Shown piece after piece: positions 29,770-38,209 of a stretch of 64,000 bases of DNA. Position numbers and translations under genes: made by a program. The notes beneath the pieces are model-generated. The model worked only from the letters and a program-made list of their open reading frames with translations. It made no database searches and was not told where the DNA came from. Each line of letters begins with the position of its first letter. Position 1 is the stretch's first letter. Source of the DNA: an uncultured Nitrososphaerales archaeon (GTDB lineage: Archaea > Thermoproteota > Nitrososphaeria > Nitrososphaerales > Nitrososphaeraceae); NCBI GenBank assembly GCA_963695855.1, contig CAVOHZ010000010.1, positions 608,001-672,000 of the forward strand, written 5' to 3'.

Positions 29770-30100
29770 TACCATCAAACCAATTATACAATGATACTTT
29801 TAGCATCATCTCTTTTACCATGTTCTCAAATTATCTTCCTAATCATATTCTCTGATCTGATAGCAGTAACATATTCTCCATACATTCTCTTGATAATGGA
29901 AAAAATACTTTCTGCAATCATCTCCTACCACAGCATTTGCTAACTTTCCATTTATTAGCGTCAGTTTTCAGCTTCTTTACAGCCTTATTTTTGAGATACT
30001 GATTGTTACTTTTAAATCTGGAATCCTTCTTTACCTTTATTATTGCTGGTTGTATGTCTTTAAATTATAGAAACTGAAAAATCTTATCACTGTCATTAGG
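29770..30100 (-). pseudogene. degraded IS5-family (IS903/ISH1-like) transposase C-terminal remnant
   Basis: Broken frames DSDKIFQFL..IKVKKDS..GRR*IAESIFSIIKRMYGEYV..ENMVKEMMLKVSLYNWF; boundaries approximate. Confidence 0.65.
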
Positions 30101-30346
30101 AATCATCTCGAATTGGAATTTTTACTCTTTTATTCCGTTTTATTGTTATATCATCTTCCATGTCAGGAAGCACTCCAATCATGTACTTCTTCATTAGTTA
30201 CTTCTAATGATAAAATTCTCTTTCGTTTCATATCAACTGCTAAATGTATTTAGATAATCTCTTTTGACATTGCAAATCATTTTTTTGACATTTTAATACT
30301 GTTATTAGGTTTCTAAATATAGTAACAATACAGTCTATATTAAATT

Positions 30347-30967
30347 CTATTCTATTGTTTTTATCAGATCTGTTAATGACCTTTTTGGTTTTGGATGTAA
30401 AATCGTCAAAGGATATCCAATACACAAAATTGAGGAAGGAGCCAGATCTGTATTTATTGCCTCCTTCACCTTCTTCTCATCTATCATGCCTATCCAAACT
30501 GAACTTAGTCCCAACGAATGTGCAGCTAATTGAGCATATGATGCTGCTAAGGTTGCATCTTGAAGAGAAAATTTTTTAATAATTTCTACCGGGAATTTCA
30601 TTTTTACTCTTTCTGGGTTCATACAAAATACTAAAACAACGGGGGAATTGACATATGGCTGATTATTTGAGGCTTCAACCAATTTTTCCTTAGTGTTTCT
30701 GTTCTTCACATGAAAGATTTCAAAGCCCTGGAAACCCCCTGCGGTTGGAGCTGTATCTGCGGCTGCAAATATTATATCCATCTTCCAATCTTCTACTTGT
30801 TTTTCTTCAAATTTTCTCTGTGATCTTCTATTTAACATTACATTGTATATGTTAGTTTCCAAAATATCCTCAAAATTAACTTCACTTATCTCCGGTTTTG
30901 GAAAAACCTTTCCTGTACTTCCTGATTCATCATACATCCTTTTTAAAATTTCTTGTGGGTCTGACAA
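30347..30967 (-). CDS. nitroreductase family protein
   Basis: RRSQRKF, APTAGGFQ, LAAHSLGLSSVWIG, LCIGYP. Confidence 0.9.
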   Translation of the reverse strand: MSDPQEILKRMYDESGSTGKVFPKPEISEVNFEDILETNIYNVMLNRRSQRKFEEKQVEDWKMDIIFAAADTAPTAGGFQGFEIFHVKNRNTKEKLVEASNNQPYVNSPVVLVFCMNPERVKMKFPVEIIKKFSLQDATLAASYAQLAAHSLGLSSVWIGMIDEKKVKEAINTDLAPSSILCIGYPLTILHPKPKRSLTDLIKTIE

Positions 30968-31055
30968 TACCTTGTAAATGAATCACTAGTAAAAAAATAT
31001 TATTGAATAAATTTTAGAGATTTTATTTTATATTTTAATATAATTTATCATTTTA

Positions 31056-32624
31056 TCAATTAATCATGAAAAGCTTCAGGATTTTTTTTCCATCCTCGAA
31101 ATTGTTCAATTGTTCCTTTATGTCTTCAGTCTTTAATACATATTCTGTTCTTGGTTGACCATCGATTTCATATCTTAATATTAATTCGCCAACAACGGGA
31201 CTTTTTTCTTTTATTTTTTCTACATGGGGTATTAGGTATTCTGCGACTATTTCTAGAAATCGTGATATCAAAGTTTTATCATAATAAATCCTTTCATTGC
31301 TTCCATCTTTATCTATATAATGATCGATTGCTTTTTTACCATATAATTCAATATATACTAGTCTAAACCCATTTTGGAGGTTTAGAGGATCTATTGTTTT
31401 TTCGATATTTTTTATAATAGATTTACAGAGGTTAAAAATCTGTTTAAAATCCACAGTATCAAAAAAATCTTTTATCATAGGCATAATGTTCTTTTTTTCG
31501 TTGTTTACAATATAATCAATAGTTAATAGATCGCTTTTCTTAATCCATGTTTTTAATTCTTCGTTGTCAAATGTCTCATTAAAACATTTTTCAATTTCGT
31601 TACTCATTAAATTCAGATTAATTTCAATGATTTTATCAGTTTTGGAATTTGAAATTTCATTTGCTATTCCTAAAATAATATTTTTATTCTTTTCTAGTTT
31701 AATATGTGACAAGAAATAATTATCCAGAATAATCTTTTCTGGCTCTTTATTTGAATTTTCTTTATCATCTTCAATACTGGAAACCAATTTGAAAGATCTT
31801 TTTAGTTTTTTAGATATTGAGACTTTATATCCTATCGGGAAAACCAAGTTACGAATATTGAAATCTGACAGTTTTTGTTTCTGATTAAAAAAATTACTCG
31901 GTGAATCATCCATCGAGAAAGAATACGTTAAAACCTTAGAACCATCTTCATGCTCGTCTCTGTTGTCAATTATAATTGAATTTGTGTTTGTTATTTTATA
32001 GTAAATCTTTCCATCATCATTTATTAAATCCATTTCAAAACTGTTTTTTAAGTTCACCAAAAAAGAATAAGGAAAGGTTACCAATCCTTTTGCTAGCCAG
32101 GTTTGAATTAATTTAATAGAGTTTCTATAATAGTCATTTGTTTTTATTTTGATATTTTCTTGATAATTCTTTAGATTTCTGGAGTATTCCTTTTCCATTA
32201 CCTGAAATGAATTCATCAGATAATCTTTTGTGTCGAAAAAAATTTTACCTTCATTCGATTTCTCATTTAATGTTTGTAATACTTTCAAATGATGTGTGGA
32301 ATAGAAATTATAAATAGATGATTCCATGGCCTTAGTAAAATCTGTAAATCTATTGTGTAAATCTTTCTGAAAGTTGTATGTATCTTCAATATGCTGATCT
32401 AATTTTATAATTTTATCATGAATAACAAATATGTTATTAGAGATAGATATATAATCATTTAAAATGTTAATAAAATTTCTGTTTTCTTCAAATTCAGAAT
32501 AATCACCATACAAATATCTACCTGTTGAGGATTCAGTCAAATCTGCATTAATGTTAGTAATATTAGTTTCTAGAATATTAGTATTTCCTTCTTTTTCAGA
32601 AATATTTTCTTGATTAATATTCAT
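31056..32624 (-). CDS. large hypothetical protein with N-terminal coiled coil
   Basis: 522-aa ORF; GRYLYGD N-terminus and SPVVGELILR C-terminus; no family recognised. Confidence 0.75.
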   Translation of the reverse strand: MNINQENISEKEGNTNILETNITNINADLTESSTGRYLYGDYSEFEENRNFINILNDYISISNNIFVIHDKIIKLDQHIEDTYNFQKDLHNRFTDFTKAMESSIYNFYSTHHLKVLQTLNEKSNEGKIFFDTKDYLMNSFQVMEKEYSRNLKNYQENIKIKTNDYYRNSIKLIQTWLAKGLVTFPYSFLVNLKNSFEMDLINDDGKIYYKITNTNSIIIDNRDEHEDGSKVLTYSFSMDDSPSNFFNQKQKLSDFNIRNLVFPIGYKVSISKKLKRSFKLVSSIEDDKENSNKEPEKIILDNYFLSHIKLEKNKNIILGIANEISNSKTDKIIEINLNLMSNEIEKCFNETFDNEELKTWIKKSDLLTIDYIVNNEKKNIMPMIKDFFDTVDFKQIFNLCKSIIKNIEKTIDPLNLQNGFRLVYIELYGKKAIDHYIDKDGSNERIYYDKTLISRFLEIVAEYLIPHVEKIKEKSPVVGELILRYEIDGQPRTEYVLKTEDIKEQLNNFEDGKKILKLFMIN

Positions 32625-32839
32625 ATTGTGTATTAGTTATATGAGGTTTAAATTGCTTATTAGTAAATTTATTTCAACAAATAATTAATGCAAATTAATA
32701 CTTTTATATTAATCATTTTCTTTTTTTATAGATGTCACTAGGTTTATCGTTTTTTGCAAATCGATATATTGAATTTCATGACTGTTAGATTGTCTTCCTA
32801 CAATAAATTAAAATTGAGATGTATTAATTTTTAATTAAA

Positions 32840-32930
32840 GGGCTCGTAGCGCAGACTTTCATAGGCGTAAAATGGATAGCGCGGACGCCTCCTAAGCGTC
32901 AGGTCGAGGGTTCAAATCCCTCCGGGCCCG
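32840..32930 (+). tRNA. tRNA-Arg(CCU) with a 16-nt D-loop intron at 15/16
   Basis: Removing 32855-32870 (ACUUUCAUAGGCGUAA) gives a 75-nt cloverleaf; anticodon arm GACGC-CUCCUAA-GCGUC, T arm GAGGG-UUCAAAU-CCCUC. Confidence 0.93.
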
Positions 32931-32938
32931 AACCAAAT

Positions 32939-33313
32939 TTATACACTTGTATACGGTGAAGATGATGATTGTAATTCTCCTAGTATTTCTGCTAATGGGT
33001 CTGGTAAGTGATCTTTTAACCCTAATTCATTTGAACTTTCAAGGAGAGGGTTGGCTATATCATTTGATTTTATTTGTCCTTCTTCTTCTTGTCGTTGTTA
33101 CTAAAATATTTTTTCCCATTTTTTATTTACAGCTTGAAAATCTTTACTGAGTTTCTCAAGTTTAGACTTATCATCATCTACTTGTGCTACCGCTTTGAAC
33201 GCAAAGGAGTTATTTATGTGAATAAATAAATCAAAAGAGAAAGCAGAACTTATTAAAATAAACATAAACATACATAATGAAGATAAAATAAATAAACTCA
33301 GATTGTTTTCCAA
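32939..33313 (-). pseudogene. secreted protein pseudogene
   Basis: Signal-peptide ORF 33101-33313 continues in frame past TAG TAA as QRQEEEGQIKSNDIANPLLESS..PYTSV*. Confidence 0.5.
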
Positions 33314-34312
33314 ATTTTATACTTGCACTAAATAAAATAATAATAAAGTTATTATGTTCAAATAAACAAATCAGATAAATCATATAATTTTTTAGTTCTA
33401 TTTTACAGTATCTTAAAATTAAATATTAACAAGAAAGCTTGCTCAGAATGATGCTCTGAATATTGATTGGAATATAAAGATCGCTTAATTTTCAAATTGT
33501 TACTGTCAGCTCTTTTACTTTATTATGGAGCTCTTGGATTGGTTCATTTTCTTATGAATTTATCTCAAATGAATTCCCATTAAGTTTTCTAAATAGTGAT
33601 TATACAAATTTGCGTGCACCTAATCTTTTTGTATCATAGGACATATAAAACGTGTCACACTCTGAAAAGTTTTTGTGCCCAGACGGACATTATTTTTTTA
33701 TTATTTTATCTGATAATGAACTAAAATGCTATAAATCAATGGATTCTATAAAATTAAAATGTTGAATTTATGGAAATGAGTATTATTTTTTATCAGTCTC
33801 TGGAGGTAAATTTTCTTTCAGCATGTAACAGTTTTAGTGTGACAATGTCACACATAGAATAAAGTTTAAACGCAGAGAGAAGGATATTTTTAGTTTACAC
33901 CGTCAATGTGTTAATTTATTCTTTTTTCTAGAGTGTCGAAAGCTAATAATTACTTTGATCTGTAATACCATTCAAACTGTGTATCAAATAGGCTTACAAA
34001 TAAAATCAATGCCTCAACCTAAGTTTACCAAAATTTTGATATTATAACAGTATTTCTAATACGTTTACATAAAGTATATTAGAAACAGAACCCGCTCGAT
34101 TTGTCCTAGCTACCACTTTAATAATTCTTGTATAAGACCATAATTATTGAACTTCAACATATGATAGTCATTACATAATAAAGCAATATTACAGAAGTAG
34201 GTCCTATACCAAATACCATAAACTTGGAAGATATGAGAGAGAATACAAACAAACTACTTTAACTCTTGTCATTTCATCCTGCTTTAGCAAAATGATTCAT
34301 AACCTTCTATCA

Positions 34313-34591
34313 TCAAGTTAAACAATCAAACTCTGATACTTCTATACCCAGTTCCCTTTGTAATTTTTGTATTACTTTTGCATAATACTCTTCTCTATCA
34401 TATTCAAATTTGTCTTTGGCTATCCAATATCCTACCCATGCTTTATGTAGAGCACCCCATGTCTGGTTTTCATAATATCCTGATGGAAGGATATTGTGAT
34501 ATCTGTATCCGTACTTGAAGCCCTTATACGGGTCCCACTTTTTTAGCTTTAAGAATTTGTCGAAACTGTAACGATATTTATGAGATCTCAT
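34313..34591 (-). CDS. hypothetical protein (element cargo)
   Basis: 92-aa aromatic-rich ORF (WGALHKAWVGY..YAKVIQKLQRELG). Confidence 0.65.
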   Translation of the reverse strand: MRSHKYRYSFDKFLKLKKWDPYKGFKYGYRYHNILPSGYYENQTWGALHKAWVGYWIAKDKFEYDREEYYAKVIQKLQRELGIEVSEFDCLT

Positions 34592-34858
34592 CCATTAATT
34601 TATCTTCACGAAATTATTTAAAAGAATTCATTTCTTTCAACAAATGATATTTCTATCGATATAATTTTTTATAATCATGTGGTTTGATATTTCTCAAAAT
34701 AATCATTACTAAAAAATTTTCGTAGAAGAAATTTCTGTTATTAGTTCCTCATGGAATTTTTTTATTTTTAAATTTTTCCCAACAAATAATATTCTGAAAA
34801 ATGTATCGACAATTAGGCACTATCGAAATATTGTAATAATCAAACATTGTTATCCATG

Positions 34859-34885
34859 GTGTCCACAGTGTCCACGGTGTCCACA
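34859..34885. repeat. 3 x 9-bp tandem repeat GTGTCCACR (iteron-like)
   Basis: gtgtccaca gtgtccacg gtgtccaca, preceded by degenerate ttatccatg. Confidence 0.85.
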
Positions 34886-35068
34886 TCTTAACTGTCTGAA
34901 AAAATAAAATTTTTATCTCTTCTTGACCTTTACAATTGTAAAGGTTTTTCATAAATTTCGATTAAAAAATCTCAGACTGAATATAGATATGGCCAGTGTG
35001 GCAAGTGTGAACAGCAAGAAATGACTAAGATAGTTAAATTATCTATATACGAGGTCGCTAGTTAGTAA

Positions 35069-35255
35069 TTGGGAAAATTCAGGCATAAACAAAACGAGAT
35101 TTTAACGGTATTAGTAACCGATTGTGTTAACTATGGTTTTACAGAGAAAGAAGCAGTATCTTATATCAAAACAAGGTTAGGAGGTAAAGAGACATCACCA
35201 GAAACATAATATCTTCGTAAGAAAAATATTGACTCTGGAAATTATTTAAATGAGA
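35069..35255 (+). pseudogene. HTH-like protein pseudogene, copy 1
   Basis: MGKFRHKQNEILTVLVTDCVNYGFTEKEAVSYIKTRLGGKETSPET*YLRKKNIDSG; end approximate. Confidence 0.6.
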
Positions 35256-35518
35256 ATGGAGGAAAAGATATGGCGGTTGCAATATATAAAATTGTTAATT
35301 TTAGTTAGTGTGTTAGTATGGAAGGAAAAAGAGCAAAATAACAAAAGTAATTGCAGCAAGTGTTGATAAAATTACAAGAGTAGTTGACTTCATAATATTA
35401 TATTATACATTGTATTATTTTTGTTTTTTTATATTAAAGTTTTTGTATGATGATGACGAATAAGAATTACAGAGAGAAGAGAGTAAAAGAGTCTATACAT
35501 TTGATGAATAGGTAGTAA

Positions 35519-35805
35519 GTGGAAAATTTTACAGATAAAGAAAATCAGGTATTAATGCCGTTAGTTGCACATTTTGTTAATTATGGATTTACAGAGAAAG
35601 AAGTATAGCATACATCAAGGCAAGACTAGGCAGGGATCTTTCTCCGAATGCTTACTATATGCACAAAAGGAAAGTAGATGGCGGCCACTATGGAAAAGAA
35701 TGGTTAAACTATTTTACCCTTATTGGTTTTGTTGTAAAGCATAAACAGATAATTGAGATTGTGGGAATGCTCAACAAGGATAGTATAAGAGACTATCTCA
35801 TATAA
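35519..35805 (+). pseudogene. HTH-like protein pseudogene, copy 2 (frameshifted)
   Basis: MENFTDKENQVLMPLVAHFVNYGFTEKE/IAYIKARLGRDLSPNAYYMHKRKVDGG..; clear paralog of copy 1. Confidence 0.6.
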
Positions 35806-35807
35806 CA

Positions 35808-35939
35808 GGCAAAACTTGGCTGTTCATGGAATTTACAAAAATTAGTGTATTCACCATATACGTCGTTCTTTGTCTCGTATTCGTCCGGGTCCTCTGTTCT
35901 CATTATGGCGTCGTCCAAAAATGCGCCAATTCCTATTTC
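35808..35939 (-). pseudogene. fragment resembling the C-terminal winged helix of D5/P4-type primase-helicase
   Basis: IGAFLDDAIMRTEDPDEYETKNDVYGEYTNFCKFHEQP; locally higher GC. Confidence 0.5.
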
Positions 35940-36456
35940 TCATTCTTTCTTTGCAAGTATTACAATTATAGCAACTCATATAATTAAAATATAAGTTTCT
36001 AATATTAAAAGCTAAATATATGTTAGTTCTATCTCGCTAATCGACTCTTATTTTTGTACCGCTATCGGTGTTACTCCCTCCGGGGCCCGATTGTATCAGT
36101 CTTCAAATAAAAGTTATTTAATAGGAAAGATGTCTATTACTCTAGTGATATTGTTAGTCTCACGTCTTGCTGCCATACCCAATAGCGACGAAGAAAGCGA
36201 AACCTTATTTTCCCACCTATCTTCTGTTCAGCATGCTTTAGATTGAGCAGACTATTGATATATTGCAATACCTAACAGAATTTTGATTATTCTCATTCCA
36301 ACTAATAGACTAAAATTTTTTTTATTTTTAAGATATTTAGACTAATTAATATTCGTATAATCTTGTTATCACGCCAGATTGTGCAGATTTTTATCTCACT
36401 CAAATTAACTATGAATCAAGTGATAAAAATTGGTAGAACTAGAAAATAATAAATAT

Positions 36457-36894
36457 TTATTCAGGACAAAGCCAACCGATAACATTTAATATATTTTCAC
36501 TTGTAATTGATATTTTAATTGGTCCCAATGGCGATTCTTCCTCATTATCAACTAAGACTATTATCCCTTGGGTAGCTGCCTGTTTATTAATATAAAACCA
36601 AGTTACGTTTTCTTGTAGATGAGATAACAATAATCTTCGAAGTACCGATGTAACTAATCTATTTCTGACTTGTTCGTATATGGAATTTAGAACTTTATAG
36701 TTATTGGATTTTCCTATTACCAAATTGTTTCCATATTTCCTATACTCAATGCCAACTTCACCAGTTATTAAATTAATGACATCCAACACTTTAGAAGGAT
36801 CTTCTGTTGCATTTATTGAAGATGAAATCTGTATTTCTAATTTGAGATTGGAGGGAAATTTGCTTATCTTTTCAGATGACGGCATTTTTAACAT
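36457..36894 (-). CDS. UPF0201 / DUF54 RNA-binding protein
   Basis: INATEDPSKV, NKQAA, ESPLGPIKI, WL; coupled to the UPF0200 gene as is usual in archaea. Confidence 0.85.
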   Translation of the reverse strand: MLKMPSSEKISKFPSNLKLEIQISSSINATEDPSKVLDVINLITGEVGIEYRKYGNNLVIGKSNNYKVLNSIYEQVRNRLVTSVLRRLLLSHLQENVTWFYINKQAATQGIIVLVDNEEESPLGPIKISITSENILNVIGWLCPE

Positions 36895-37463
36895 CTAATT
36901 GATAGTAACCAATTTCGCGATATTTGTTTTGCTTGTTCTTTTAATTGATGTAAGGAAATTTCATTATTTGAGATAATTTCATCTGCAAACGCTATTGCCT
37001 CACTCAGTCCAACAGATAGCTCCCGTTTGTCTCTTATTAAACATTCTTGTAGAGTAGAGGGAGCATCACTTCTAGAACGATCTTTTAAGTGTCTGATTCT
37101 GGTGTCAATAGATCCATGAATTGATAGGATCTTCACTACACCTATTTTTTTTAACAAATCTATTTCATGAACGCTTCTTATACCATCTATTACAAATTTG
37201 TAATGCAATTCATCATTGTATTTTTCCGATATCTGACTAATAATTAAAGTAGCAATAGCTCTCGGACCTAATTCCCTTCTTAATTTTAGCATAAGGTAGC
37301 CCAAATTTTCATCGGTAGGTTCCAATTTTCTTTTTTTTGCTTCCATTCTAACACAATCGCCCATATTTAGGAGAGTAAAACCCTCTTCCTCCAATGCTTT
37401 TGCTACCGTAGTTTTTCCAGCTCCTGGCATTCCAGTTAAACAAATGATAAATTTCCTTTTAAT
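36888..37463 (-). CDS. UPF0200 dephospho-CoA-kinase-like P-loop NTPase (probable ATT start)
   Basis: FIICLTGMPGAGKT, MGDCVR, IDGIRS, RDKRELSVG; conserved strand lies upstream of the ATG at 37430. Confidence 0.85.
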   Translation of the reverse strand: MKRKFIICLTGMPGAGKTTVAKALEEEGFTLLNMGDCVRMEAKKRKLEPTDENLGYLMLKLRRELGPRAIATLIISQISEKYNDELHYKFVIDGIRSVHEIDLLKKIGVVKILSIHGSIDTRIRHLKDRSRSDAPSTLQECLIRDKRELSVGLSEAIAFADEIISNNEISLHQLKEQAKQISRNWLLSIRC

Positions 37464-37932
37464 TTGATAGTCACCACAATTGATTAGAATAAAACCAGAT
37501 CTGTTATCAACGTTATGCTATAAATGGAAAAAAGTTTTTCAAAAATCAATTGAGCAAATCATTTGTAGAGGTATTAAATACGGATAATATCAAGTTCCGG
37601 ATAATAATATTAAAGAAGAGATAGTCATTTTAGAATCCTAGTTATTCTTATGAAATCAGTTATCTCATATTTGGTTATGCCGCGATAGATATAAATGGTG
37701 TCGAATATTCAATTAGGCCTTTGAAAATAATTATGATCCCAAAAAATGTTTGGTACAAATTCGCTACTAAATGTCATTAGATAGTAGTATTATACGTTAA
37801 TGCCAAATAGTGATACAAGAAAATTGAAATCATAGAATGACTGAATTTATATTATTCTCTACGTGATTTCTTGAATATTAACTAGAAATAAAAGAAAAAT
37901 ACAAATACTCAAACCTTCAATGTGTTTACATC

Positions 37933-38100
37933 ATGCCAATAACCGATGCCATAAAAAAGCAAATAGCCCAAAAAAGAAGATTATTTTATAAAATATGTTT
38001 TAAATGCGGTGGTAGAAATCCTATTTCATCTGGCAGATGTCGAAAATGCCATAGCCAACATATGAGATTAAAGAATAGAAATGTAGGAGCTAAAAAATAA
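37933..38100 (+). CDS. rpl40e: 50S ribosomal protein L40e (not in ORF track)
   Basis: MPITDAIKKQIAQKRRLFYKICFKCGGRNPISSGRCRKCHSQHMRLKNRNVGAKK. Confidence 0.95.
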   Translation: MPITDAIKKQIAQKRRLFYKICFKCGGRNPISSGRCRKCHSQHMRLKNRNVGAKK

Positions 38101-38209
38101 ATAAGATTTACTAGTGACATTACTATTGGATACTAGATCGAATTATTAAACTATAATTATACAGATCGAATGTTATACAGATCGAATGTAAATAGGAAAT
38201 AAGAAAAAA

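Larger units (their letters stand above)
32917..36090. mobile_element. decayed integrative element in tRNA-Arg(CCU), bounded by att direct repeats
   Basis: tRNA 3' end TCCCTCCGGGCCCGA (32917-32931) repeated as TCCCTCCGGGGCCCGA (36075-36090); interior mostly pseudogene fragments. Confidence 0.75.

Noticed and set aside
34749-34952. 67-aa ORF with WTPWTLWTPW
   Set aside because: The odd peptide is simply the translation of the 9-bp DNA tandem repeat; there is no other coding support.
38157-38188. 16-bp tandem duplication TTATACAGATCGAATG x2 between rpl40e and the radical SAM gene
   Set aside because: Only two adjacent copies with no spacer; most likely a local slippage duplication.
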